A stretch of DNA of 63,773 nucleotides, filler included, from Sphacelaria rigidula (Eukaryota), in assembly GCA_964200075.2 (NCBI GenBank). It is 7 parts of 7 records of this genome, joined end to end, with 100 filler letters (N's around TTAATTAATTAA, not from the genome) between each part and the next. Parts side by side here need not be neighbours in the genome. Positions count along the whole stretch, not along the records: positions 36,503 to 45,527 come from CAXNAA020009483.1; positions 45,628 to 54,650 come from CAXNAA020009484.1; 5 more parts are not named here. One strand, 5' to 3'. This document shows, piece after piece, positions 37,491 through 49,733 of the stretch. The position numbers and the translations under genes are program-made. The notes under the pieces were generated by a model. It was not told the origin of the DNA. It was given only the letters and a program-made list of their open reading frames with translations, and searched no databases. How positions within the stretch are numbered: position 1 is the first letter of the stretch; every line of letters begins with the position of its first letter.

Positions 37491-38283
37491 CGGGAGAGTA
37501 CTGACTACTTCAAATCCCGTGATGATCACGAGTACCCTGGGGCAAGCAAGTACCCTATCCCAAGTAGACTAGCCCCTATTGAAGCCGAACCCTGAGAACC
37601 ACCGATTAGGTCCCTGGGGGGCGGTCATCACTATTGGATAGTGTTGTACTGTTTGTACTGTACTACTATCAGAAGATTCGAAGGTTGAAAATGTTAAACA
37701 CATACGTGGCGGACTGCAAAAAGAAAGAAAGAAAGAGAAGAAAGCTAACCAATAGTATAGTGCTGGCTACAAGTCTCTTCAGCTTCGAAAGTGTTGGCCA
37801 CCTGTGGACACATTTAACTAAACTATAGACAACACTGAGCTCATGATTTATACCTCTCCAAGCAAGTGTGGCGCACCTTGACTTATTTGCAACATCCACC
37901 ACCCGTAACTAAAAAAAGGCGGGGGGACAGAAAAATCGATCAACTGACCACATAAAATAGTTGTGAACATGCAACAAATTTGATGTTCGGCAAAAAATAT
38001 ATACTTCGAAGCAAATGAAAATATGCGAGCATTACCAAACCGTACACCACTGCGAATGTAATGAACGCACGGAAGTACAGTATTAACGTCTGTCAATCGA
38101 TTGAAAAGGGAGTGCAACTTGATATTACGTGCGCAGTAATTTTCTCTGATTTTCTTCATTATTTGTTCTAGAGTACAGTACGCGCGTGAATATATATGTA
38201 TACATATATTCGGCGGAGATGGGTTGATCCCTTGAGATCACGGATCTGTCCCGAGGAAGGGGATGGGTTCAAAGTGCGACGAA

Positions 38284-38337
38284 TAAATATAAATATAAAT
38301 ATAAATATAAATATAAATATAAATATAAATATAAATA
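38284..38337. repeat. (ATAAAT)n microsatellite
   Basis: About nine tandem hexamers just inside an intron. Confidence 0.95.
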
Positions 38338-38363
38338 TTTTTTAAAAATGTATACTTCGGTAC

Positions 38364-38537
38364 CTTGGCCAGCACATCTGACGCTTGCGGATCTTTTGCG
38401 TCCACCACAGGAATTGTCCGCATGCTGTGCTGTCGTGGCAGGAATTCCGATGGTTTGGGCGCTGCTCGTCGTGGTGCGCAGAAAACAGGGACAGGCGAGG
38501 AAAGCATCCAGAAAAAACAAAGCGTTGCGAGGGTCAT
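38364..38537 (-). CDS. Probable first exon of a signal-peptide protein, possibly JmjC/cupin (FIH-like) hydroxylase
   Basis: MTLATLCFFWMLSSPVPVFCA (hydrophobic N-terminus) ...RTIPVVDAKDPQASDVLAK|GTACCG. Resembles the IPxxxxxDPxAxxxI segment that precedes the PVVL motif of FIH-like JmjC proteins. The product call is weak. Confidence 0.5.
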
Positions 38538-38599
38538 CGGGCGAATCGTCGCTACGTTAGTTCGAATCACCAAATCCACGATTTCTGAGGCCTCATTGG

Positions 38600-39518
38600 T
38601 AGGGTTGGGTACTGGCGCAGCCAGCCAGGATCCGCTGTACTGGCTGAGACAGCAGCCAGATTACCGGAACCGATCAGTGCACTGGTAGCGCGGCGAAGCT
38701 GCGACCAGCGCCCCCCCCCCCGGCTGGTGAGGCCCGCCGGGGAGGCGCTTTTTTACGCGATTTGGCTTCACTAGAGCCTAATAACCGAGTTTTTTTTTAA
38801 TCAACCCGAGGGGCACTATTTCGGGGGATAACGTTTAGTACAACTCCCAAAATAATTTGTTTTCAACTCAAGGAAAATGTGAAAATAGAAAATAATACAT
38901 GTGCTACAAAGGTTGCGATGCTCATCAACTCCAGCATCGTGGTGAGGGTTATATTACACACGATTTGTTGCAATCGGAGTGTATGGCGTGTTTTTAGTCT
39001 ACACAACAAGCACAGAGTACTTCGGACTCCCCGGATAAAAAATGGAGAGAAGCAGGTCTGTAGTAGCTCTTGACGGCACAAGGCGTGAGCACCCTTCATT
39101 ATTGATCACAGGACAGCCTCTCACACAAAAAATAAAAAGAAAGACACAGCAGCCCTGAACGTGTGTATTAACACCGCATCTGCTGACGCGGCGGGTGCAG
39201 CTGCTGACGCAGCAAGCCCCGCGGTACCACCACCGCCGGGGTCTACTGCCGGCGGACTGCCAGACGTGAAAAAACTTTGCACCGTTCAAATGGTCTCCTG
39301 CTGTGTGCTGCGTGTGCTTCGCGTGGAGTGTGTTCTCTCCTTTGAGGCGGCGCGGCGGCGTAATTTGGATGGGTTTCCGCCGCAGTTTTTTAGGCGTATT
39401 GTGGGACGTACATAAGTTGTGTATGTACTGGCGCTATTGGCTGCCCGTTCGCCAGTTCTTTAGGGACTGGTCAGTTTTCAAGAACTGGCAGTACGTACTG
39501 GTTCAGTACTCAACCCTA
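38600..39518. mobile_element. hAT-type non-autonomous element (919 bp)
   Basis: TIRs TAGGGTTGGGTACTG / CAGTACTCAACCCTA, ACTGG/CCAG subterminal repeats, and 8-bp TSD CTCATTGG / CTCACTGG (7/8). Confidence 0.82.
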
Positions 39519-42500
39519 CTCACTGGTCGAAAGACATGAAAATGAAAACATCAACCGCGGCAGGTAAAAAAAAAGTCTTCACGACATCATTTTTGCGCCG
39601 CTCCGCGTGCCTGGGGAGGGTGCAACGCTGAAAAACAAAACCAAGAGTCGATTCGTGTGGTATGAATCAACTACACCTGCATTAAAAGCAAGTGATTTTC
39701 AGACGAATCGCAATGCATCCAGCCCTTGACACGTTGTGACCAGGGACGGGGGGGGGGGGGGGGGGGTACCCATTTTCTGCTTGCCTTAGTGGTGGGGGGG
39801 GGGGGGGTCTCCTTTTTTGGGTGCCTTAGCGGTTNNNNNNNNNNTTTTCTTCGCTGGCGATGCGACTCATGCGCCCCCGGATCGGGGCGAGGCGGGGGGG
39901 GGGGGGGGGGGGGGGAGGTACGCATTTTCTGCTTGCCTTAGTCGTGAGGGAAGGGGCGTTCTCCTTTGTTGGCTGCCTTAGCCGTTTGGCCATTGATCAC
40001 GCATCCCTTTCGAGATGGAACACCGATCCTAGTCCCAGTAGAAACACCTCCAGTCCCAGTAGAAACACCCCCAACATTTTGGTCGATGTGTCCCGATTGT
40101 CGCAGCGAAACGAGGGTTTTCGGCCAAAGCACACCGTCAGTGCCCGGACTTCCGCAATTGTTTTTTCTTCAAGTTTTCATAGGGTTTTTTATTTCGGCAA
40201 GAGAAGGCACTTGCTATCTTGTTTCAACACCCTCAACTTGAAATAAAACTCCACCATACGTATTACTTGGGGGGAGTGGGGGGGGGGGGGAGGGGCAAGC
40301 GCTTCCGGAGCCGAAATGTTTCGCGAGAAGAAAAACGAATGCACGAAACTCATTTTCCATATTATCAGGCATGCCTTAGCCCATTTTATTTACATGTATG
40401 TTTTCCCTCAGTGTAACTACCTGCATAGAAATCCGCTTACCAACCATTGTGCTAGTATAAACAGAAATATACATAGCAGACGCGCATTTGAATGCTGACC
40501 CCAAAGGGCCGAAGGAACGCTTCTGAAGGCTTCGTAAATGGTGAAAGCGCGTACCTCGTATTTTTATGACATGTACAGTATATGATGATGGCATATCATA
40601 CGAGCGGCGAAGCGGTGACAGACCAGTGTTCCTGCCGAAAACACTACAAAGTCTGATGAAGCAGCAGCACAGTGCAGAAAGGTGCACGTCCGATACAGGG
40701 TGGGAGGCTGAACGAGCTACTGCTGTATTGTATACAGTGAGAAAAATAAATATCATCATCATTAGTTATTTTCCACGACGACGGTCCCCAGACACCCTCC
40801 CGGAGGGCCGGAGGGCCGGAGGGAAATGTCTGCTTTGGACAAGCTTCGAAACCCTCTCCGTCAACGTCAGAGCATTGACTTTTGACGTCAGGTTTTCACG
40901 TCCGCTCAACCATCCAACACTATTTTATGAACCATCAACAATCCTAAGACCGTTTCTTACGGTTGGTTGGTGTTTTGGGGGCGTATTTTCCCGTTTTGAG
41001 ATATTCGAGACAGTCTTTGGCCTCCAATCACGGAATATCGCCCATCACACGTGTTAGACACTTTGCGTCACTCCACCGAGAGGAGCACACGCGGCCATTT
41101 GGCTACTACCACAATTCCTCCAGGTGGGTAAACATTTTGAGCCTCCAGGGGACTTAAACGCCTCCGGAGGGGTGCGCGGCCCTCCGGGTCGATAGAGTTT
41201 GGTTTCCTCCAGAGGGGTTGAAGGCCTCCGGAGGCTTGTTTTCCCCATGGAGGGCCGTGCATCCCTCCGGAGGAATTTTGGGGTGTAGCCAAATGGCCGC
41301 ATGTGAGTCTAGCCCACTTTTCCGATTCGCTTGGCTCCGACGTTTCGAAAAAGGCCTCTGAATAATCATTCAGCTGGACAAAAAATGGCGTGTCTGTAGG
41401 TTCCAAAATTTTGCCTGCAGACACCCAATGTTCTCGTCCAGCTGTATATTTGTCCAGAGGCTATTCTCAAAACTCCGGAGCCAAGCGGATCGGAAAAGTG
41501 GGCTAGACCCCTCTCGGTCGTTTGATGCAAAGTGTTCAACACGTGTGATGACGATATTCCCTGTTTGAGGGCCAAAAACCGCGTAAAACGCGTCAAAAGG
41601 GGAATATACGAAACCCCCCCCCCCCCAAAGGGCAAGAAACGGTTCAAGAAACGGCAGCACGCGCGCTGTAGGTGCTGCGAGATGCTGAAACTTCGCTCAC
41701 ATCATATGAAAACCACAGACAACAATCCCATCTCGCTAAATCTGTGCTCGGGCGTTGCAGCAGCGCGTGTCGGGGCGACAAAAGGCCAAATTCTGTTTCG
41801 AGAAAAAAAATCGGCCCAAGGCTGTTGGGTTCGGTTGTGCTCAGTGATACGCAAAAATTACAAAAAAAAATCGAAACAGAATCTGATCGCTTTTTCCTGT
41901 AGTCCGCCCTGCTGCAGCGCACAGCACCGGATATAGCGACGGGAAACTCTTGGCTGTGGGTCGCGTGTCATATGACCGGAGTTTCAGCACCTTGCAGCGG
42001 CTACAGCGCGCGTAGGGTCATGCGTCATCAACAGCGCACCTCTGCAGACTATACGCCGATCGGTACACTACCGATGGTCATGATTCAGAAAGAGTCGGAG
42101 TGCAGACCAGTGTCAGTTTGCCCCCACATCGGCCGCTCAGCCGCTCCAGTTGTCAAAGTTAGTGAACCTGCGCGTGAATATATGCAGTCACCTCTAGTCA
42201 ACGAAGTGTGGACTGCGGGATAGGCGCTTAGAGGGCGCATCGACGGCATTCCTCGAAATTCCTTATGGACATGTCGGTAATTTGTGCGGGGCCCAATCGT
42301 ACGGGCGCTCGGAGCATATTTTACCTGTGTTGAGCCCGACTCGTGCGCAAGGTTTCATGAGGGAACGCAATGTCGCAGGCGAGGAACCTACAACGAAACT
42401 TGCTCCGAAAATTGGGAGTTTACCGTAGGCAAGTAGGAAAGTATCCAAATAAACATGATATGCGGTTACGCAGTATTACGGTATGGGTACTGTAATTACA

Positions 42501-43253
42501 GTAGTAGTACTGTCAAATGCAACACAGACAGGGCAGACAGTACATTGCATCAGCAATTATACCGAACTTTATAATCGTCGAGACGGAGTTTTCCTATTGA
42601 AAAGCCACCAGCTCCGCCGCCAGGCATGCATGCAAACGATCATGCCGTTCTCATTTGTGCTGAAAGCAGTTGAGATGCCTTTTTTCCAGGCGGGTTGCAC
42701 ACTCCATATACTACACCCTAGCTAGGCGTCGTGACGGGCGGGAACGCGAACCGTGGCCGCCAACTATCGGCGTACCATGGAGCCCGCAAGACACCCGTAC
42801 CGAGTAACACCATGCCCGCCACCGAACGCGGGACACAATCACATGCTCAGCCTGCAACTTGTGCCGACGATCCAGCCTTGAACATAGCTTTTCAGATATG
42901 CCGCGTGTTGGGCCGTAGGTCCTTCCCAAGGGACTCCTCGCTCGTGTGGATTATACCTACTTTGGGGATGCTCTGAGCTGGTATTTTATACGATGGCTCT
43001 TGTACGCTTGTGAATCCGCTTGCATTTTCCTTTTTTTTCCTTTTGGCGCAACACTGTGTTGGGTTGGCATAATGATCGACAACGACAATGGAACAAGGGA
43101 CCCCTTGCGATATGGTTCCTTTTCAATAATTTATATGGAGGCGGTTTACAAAAAAATTGGACTCTGACGCAGGGGTTACATTTGAAACCGTCATGCTCCG
43201 CGACGTGAAATTTGCTGACGTTGGAGAGAGGAACACGCCCTTGGAGGAGAGGT

Positions 43254-43254
<1 letters not shown>

Positions 43255-43297
<43 letters not shown>

Positions 43298-43655
43298 GTG
43301 GTTCCATCTATTCTGGACGCCGGTCTACACCTCTCGGTGTATGTGGGCGCATGAGCCAGGGTCACACAGGATGAAGGTCAATACAGGAGCTTTTTTCTTC
43401 TTTCTTCGTTTTTAGTACCCCACCTTCCTTCTGCGGTGCTTGCCTTTATTTTCTATCGCGAGGGGGATTCAGCAGTCCCTTTCCCTCGTCGATCGTTAAG
43501 TCGAATTTTGTGTACGCACGACATAGTAGTCGCTCTCCACTGTTGGGCATGGTGTGAGAAAAAATCCAAGATTGTGTGACTGCACCAAGATTCGAACCCA
43601 CGACCCAACCGTCAGAAGGCCTCGAGGTTACCAACTGAGCCACCGGGGCGACCGG
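43255..43655 (-). mobile_element. tRNA-derived SINE, copy 2 (best preserved)
   Basis: Minus strand reads CCGGTCGCCCCGGTGGCTCAGTTGGTAA..GGGTTCGAATC (intact A and B boxes), then a ~280-bp body and a ~40-bp (CA)n tail. Confidence 0.9.
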
Positions 43656-45014
43656 TGACTCAGTCAGTGGTGCTGCTACTGGATATTCAACCACTAATCA
43701 CTTCAGTAAAATACCGGACTTTTCAGCCTGCGATATCGACAATTTTTGATAAATTTAGGCAAAGTCCAAGTGCGAGCGTAACGAGCGGGTTCGCACAGTG
43801 AGAGGGAGAGCGTAGTCGAGTGCGCTCGCTGTGCCAGCCCCCCCCCGTGATGGGGTTGGCGTCGGTTGGTGATGACGCTGTAAAACACGCCACTCACTGC
43901 GTAAGCCAGGCAACCAGGTTACCGGTTTCTTTTGCGCGTGTTCGTTTTTTTTCCGGTATATATATATATATATATATCCATGATGGTATAGTCGAGCGAG
44001 ATCATGTTGTGCGGCGTATGCGGGAGAACCTCAACTCCGCACAATGGGGATGATCGTACTACGTAGTGTTTAAATGATGAGACACCCATGAGGCAGTGCA
44101 TAAGCCGTGACTGTCTCTGGAAAGTGGCAATACCAAAAAAAAAGATAATCAGAATAGGCTTCGGGTCGAATAATGTTAGCAGGATGCAGCTCATCTTTCA
44201 TGCGACTCGCCGAACACACCACGGTGCTTTGCGCTTGGCGATTGAGTGCAAGCCTGGTCCGGCGAAAACCTGGCGTGCTCCGTCCCGACTTCGTAGGGAT
44301 GCGAGGTCAATGGTCAGATTACTATGGCATGCATTATCATGAGCACACCCTCTCCCCCCTCCGGCTCGCGAGAGGACCCCGCGGGAGGCGCCGCCGGAGG
44401 CAAAATCGGGCTATATGTCTTTATTTCCGGTCAAGATTGACCTATATTGCAATGAAGGCCTTCGAGTCCAAGAGGAGCGAAACTGCGTCCGACTTTGACA
44501 AAATCCTACACTCATCAGGACCGTACCCATTCTGCCCGCAACAATTTAGAGTAGATTTGACCGAAGAAAAGCGAACATAAAACCTACGAGTAGCAGGTTC
44601 GAAAAGAGAGGCAATTTCAGAATAAAACACAGGATATCACGAATCACGGATGGATTTGTTCTCGAGGTTGAGCTTCGGGATCGAACTTTCATATTAATAT
44701 TTTTGAAAAAAGAACATGCAAGCAAACGCACTCTCCGGCCGTGATGTCGTGTGGCCTCGCTTACCCTCGAGAAAAAAATCGATCCACAACTTGAAATATC
44801 CAGTGCTGACAGGGGGTTCTGAAACCTGAGTACGGAGTGTTTTGTACGGGACATGAACGGAGATCGAAAGTGTTTCCACAAAAAACACGAAATTTACGAA
44901 TTGCTAACTTTTTTCAAGTGAGCGAGGCCGCACATCACCCCGGAGAATGAATTTACATTTTTCACTGAAAAATTACTTCAATCCTCGCTTATTATGAACG
45001 TTTCCACGACTCCA

Positions 45015-45275
45015 CAAGCACCGTAGGTAAGGTAGATACCCGGCACCGGTATTTGGGACATCTCATACCCTTCCGATACCGGTCCGATCGGGTATTTTCA
45101 AATGTCATGCCCACGATACCCACGATACCCACGATACCACGGTATTTCGAGATCCCAATACCTACCGTACCCGCTCAATCCGGTATTTTCGAAACTCATA
45201 CTTGCGATACCCACGCATACCACGGTATGGGATACCCCGGTAAATACCGGACGCGATGCACTCCCCACGGTGCAG
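45015..45275. mobile_element. Short inverted copy of the 8379 element family
   Basis: Starts CAAGCACCGTAGGTAAGG, has ATACC repeats, and ends ..ATACCCCGGTAAATACCGG..CACGGTGC. Confidence 0.7.
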
Positions 45276-45527
45276 CTGTTGGTCGCAACTTACGCAAAGG
45301 CCAGAAGTTGTCGGAGCAGGTAAGTCTTGTTTTCACAAGTAATACATACCCAGCTTCCCCCTGATTTTCGTGTTTGGGTCAATTCGAATAAAATTATTAT
45401 TATATACTGTAGTCTGAAGTGCAGTCGTTTCTTCGTTCTCGATCTGATAGGTCCAAGGGTCGGACAAAAAATCATTCGCCTGGAAATTACTTGGTTTTAG
45501 TATGATGAGTCGACTCGTGACGAATCA

Positions 45528-45627
45528 NNNNNNNNNNNNNNNNNNNNNNNNNNNNNNNNNNNNNNNNNNNNTTAATTAATTAANNNNNNNNNNNNNNNNN
45601 NNNNNNNNNNNNNNNNNNNNNNNNNNN
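45528..45627. other. Artificial contig linker
   Basis: N44-TTAATTAATTAA-N44. Confidence 0.99.
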
Positions 45628-47229
45628 GTTTCGTTTGGACGCCAGACACGTCATTCCTGACCAGCCTCTTGGTCGTTCAGGAGGCCCGGTCCCAAAAGGG
45701 TTTACCGCGTCGGATGTCTTCGGCGATAATGTTTTTGAAATCTTGAGCGTTTTTCGGGTTGAAACATACATATATTTTTTCTTGCGCACTACCCTGTATG
45801 TGCTAGTGGCTAACAAAAAAGTAGTCGGGCCAAAAATGGCCGTATTTTGACCACTTTCCACTGGAGGCACTATAAAAAAACAACACTAAACCCCCCCAAG
45901 AATTATCCCCAACCCTAAACCTAAACCCCCTCTACTCAACGATCCATGTCGCATCCCCCATAATAAAACCAGTATAATACTTAACCTACACTAAAAACAA
46001 GACACTTGGTGGTCCCACACTAAAACCAAAGCACTCGGGGGTCCCCAGGGGAAAACAAATGATGAGTTGTCCTCGCAACCTCCACCGCGATAGCAGTGCG
46101 GCGGCTCACGGATAGCTCGCCGCCCTTGCAACGGGGGGGGGGTACTTGGGGGCAAGTCCATGGCATGGTGTTGTCTGTGGGCTAGGTCTAGGGGTGGTAA
46201 ACACGAATTCTCGAAAAAATTCTCCAAACAAATATCAAGAACAAATGTCAAAAATGGGCCAAAATTGGCATATTTTGACTTCATTTTAGTATGGACAACC
46301 GGCTTTTTTTTCTTTTGCATCAGCTTTGTTGAGACTTCATCTTTCCAACGAATCTAACTATAGGATGATCGGAAAAGTATAAGTGCGCAAACAATTACAT
46401 GCCCATAACTCCCCAGACTTATGGGACATGTGAAGTATTGGTGCCTTCTCGCACCAACATGTTACTCGGCCAATATGTATTGAGGTTGCGCGTGTCGTGA
46501 TATATTGTTCGGTCGATATATGCTGCATGTCGCGAGCCGTGACATATAATGGCACAATACATGTTGACCCTCTCTCGTGCCATCTTATTGCTCGCCCAGT
46601 ATATATTGACCACCCGACGCGTCGACATATTGAGCGGGCAATATATATATATATATTACATTTTGTATTGTCCAGGGTGTGATATATATATATAATATAT
46701 ACATATGGCGTGATCGTCCAAACCACAAGATTGCTGGGGTCCCAAAGGTGTCCTGGAAGCAGTTAGGACACAAGTGCACAAGTGTAAATTTACACGCTGG
46801 AGGATACTGCACGGCTAAGTCCCCCGGAGTCGCAACAAATGCCGTAGAGGTCATAGTCGGTCCCTCCTCCAGAAGAATGATGCTCATATTTTCCTCTGAT
46901 GTTCATATTTCCCTCTAAGGGATGTTCACGAAAATCACGTGCTCCAGAGCACCATATTTTTGGTACTCTAGAGGCATTCAGACCTCAGAAGTCGCTGGAG
47001 CATCAGATGCCCTCCAGAGGATTCGTTTAATGACCGGAACTCAGTATGAAATACCCTCTAGAGGGTATTTTTATCCTTCGGAGGGTCACTTTACCCTCGG
47101 GAAGATGAAAATCGCGATAGAGGATTTTCAAACACGAGCCGAATGGCCGCGTGTGCTACGCTACACTCCGCCAAGGGAACTCGGTGTTCAAGTGAAGTTG
47201 ATGCCGGTTCAACACAACGCACATCATGT

Positions 47230-47750
47230 CCTACTCTCGTCGTTAGTTAACCCTTGGACCGCGAGGGCCAGTCCAGCTGAATCATGCATACTTTTTTCAA
47301 GTGAGGTTGATATCGGTTTGATGGACGGCCTACCCTCGTCGTCTAAGTAATTTCAACACCCCGTAGCGCCCTTGCACCAGCAGCAGGCCGCTATATATTT
47401 TCTCCACCGGGAGTATGTGGTTCTGAATTTAGGCGCAATTATAAGTACAGCAGCTTCTTCATCTTCACGTATGCGAAGTACAGGGCCGGCAAGGGTCCGG
47501 GCTTGTCAACGATATAAACGGCTATTATTCTCGTGCACATCCAGCTCGTCGTGCCCGCTCCGGGTAGAGTCTTGCACACCGCCAGTATGTAGAAGATGCT
47601 CTGCAAGCACGTATGCATCTCCGCTGTCGTCGAAGGCACCGATGACATTTCTGGTGGAATATAAAGGCGTACAGGACGTAGTAGCCCATCTTGTGTGCTG
47701 CGAACGTTCCGCGTGCACAAGCTGAGGGAGTGGGCTAGAGTGCAACAAAC
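47230..47750 (-). pseudogene. Degenerate reading frame, possibly a hAT transposase C-terminal remnant
   Basis: One frame reads DELDVHENNSRLYR*QARTLAGPVLRIREDEEAAV..KFRTTYSRWR, loosely like the hAT dimerisation domain. Adjacent to CCTCYRGAGG palindromic repeats at 46730-47100. Confidence 0.3.
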
Positions 47751-47984
47751 CTCAACTTGGTTGCTCAACCATGCTACGTAAGTTGCTGCAATCCTGTCAG
47801 AAGTTATGCCATGATGGGGGTGCACTTTTTAGGGCTTACGTTGTGTGATGTTACCCCGCAGGATGTATCTCCGAGGTGCCGATTCGAGGTCTGGTAACGC
47901 ACACTTTAGTCACCCAGGTGGAGTAGCCTTTGCACCCCCCCTGCCCGAGGGTTGTCGTACGCCTTGGGTCGGCGTTCTGGTTAG

Positions 47985-49050
47985 GCCGTGTCTTCGCACA
48001 TCATTTTTCGATCGAAAATGTGTGGCGGAAAGCAAAAATCCCGATCTGATGAGTCGTGATTTCAACCATCTTCGAAAGTAACGGCGATGGTCGAAATAAC
48101 GACCTATCAGATCGGGATTTTTGTTTTTCACCACACGATTTCGATCGAAAACTAGTAATGTGCTAAGCGTGTCTTAGGGCGTGTCTTGGCACTTTAGTTT
48201 TCGATCACAATGTGCGGTGGAAAACAAAAATCCCGATCTGATGGGTGGTAATTTCAATCATCATCGCCGTTAATTTTGAAGATGGTTGGAATCATGACCT
48301 ATCAGATCGGGATTTTCGTTTTCCACCGCACAATTTCGATCGAATTATGATGTGCCAAGGCCTTGTCTTAGCACATTAGTTTTCGATCGATGCTGTGCGG
48401 TAGAAAACAAGAATCCCGATCTGATGAGTCGTGATTTCAACCATCTTCGAAAGTAACGGCGATGGTCGAAATAACGACCTATCAGATCGGGATTTTTGTT
48501 TTTCACCACACGATTTCGATCGAAAACCAATACGCTAAGGCCAGCTCCAATGAGAGCCGTTTGAAATTCCTCGCAAAAACTGCCTTTTGGGCCCTTCTCC
48601 GTCGATTTACGCCCGGAAAGAGGGCTACGCGGATTTTGACGCCTTGGAATGACTTGCTCTACTCGTCGAGGCCGTTCTGGGGCAACATTTAGTATTTCCC
48701 GCCGGCCGCACTTTAGCTTCTGACCAAATGGGACCAAACACGTATTTTTCAGTGAAAAACGGTCAGGTGACCAAAAATTCCCCCTGTTCTTTTATCGCTT
48801 GACCGTTTTTTGTTGAAAATCCGTGTTTGGTCAAAAATGAAAGTGCGGCCAGCGGGAAATGCAAAGCTGCCCTGGAACGGCCTCAATGAGTAGAGCAAGT
48901 CGTTCCGAGGCGTCAACATCCGCCTAGCCCTCTTTTCAGGTGTACAACGACGAAGAAGGGCCAAAAAGGCGGTTTCAAACAGGAATTTTGAATTGCTCCC
49001 ATTAGACTTGGTCTACGACACCGCCTTAGCACTTTTTTTTCGATCGAGAA
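47985..49050. repeat. Foldback array: three ~150-bp palindromic units (~188-bp period) plus a ~480-bp inverted repeat
   Basis: Units read TTTTCGATC..AAAATCCCGATCTGAT-loop-ATCAGATCGGGATTTT..TTTCGATCGAA at ~48004, ~48197 and ~48379. Long arms ~48540-48770 and ~48797-49012 are reverse complements. Confidence 0.9.
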
Positions 49051-49733
49051 CACGGGGCCGGGGAATCGATTTTCGCAAACTTTTCTCGTGTTAATGCATT
49101 TGGATCCCGATGGATTGTCAAGCTGTCGATCCAAAAAAGACAGTGAAACTTGTGAAACGGTACCTGGTCACTCTTGCACAGTACAGGCAGTCTGTACTGT
49201 CTGCACTGCTTGCAAGCAGTGTCTTCAGTGTGTGTGTTTGCTTGTTTCGTACAGGAGAATTTAAAAGAGGAGCGGGCAACGTGCAGTGCAGACAGCCCAG
49301 GACTATCAGCTCTCTCTGCTTACAATGCGACGTGAAAAGGACTTCAGCAACGTGCAGCGTTGTACTGCCTGCACTGTCCACGAGCGTGCACGCAACTCGG
49401 TTGCACACCGTATCACGCAGTTCCGTCGCTGATCTCTACCATGAGGGAAGGTGCGCGAGTCTTCGCCAACAAAAAATGAACAAAGCACACGCAACTACTG
49501 CAGTGTATCTATCCCTGGGCTCAACTCGTGCTCTATCCTCTTATATTATATATTTATGTGTGTATACTTCGATTTACATGTTTGTGCTTGCTGACCTTCG
49601 TCGCGCGTTGTCTGTGTATGTGTGTATGTGTGTTTTTTTCCCCTCACTTCATTGCTTTTTATGGTGCATATGTGTCTTCGTGCCTTTTTTTTTCTTCCGG
49701 CCGGATTATTCCACCCCTTCCCCCTCCGCTCAG

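Noticed and set aside
43575..43655. Functional tRNA gene
   Set aside because: A and B boxes are present but there is no complete acceptor stem, and it continues into a body and CA tail shared with another copy, so it is a SINE head.
45868..45930. Telomere repeat or CACTA terminus (CACTATAAAA; AACCCTAAACCTAAACCC)
   Set aside because: Only about two imperfect units, and no partner TIR found.
47985..48530. CRISPR array
   Set aside because: Units are ~150-190 bp, intervening sequences are homologous rather than unique, there are no cas genes, and the context is eukaryotic.
49110..49733. N-terminal half of the 389-aa ORF
   Set aside because: Overlaps a dispersed repeat and TG/T-rich intron sequence; only the part after the acceptor at 49733 looks coding.
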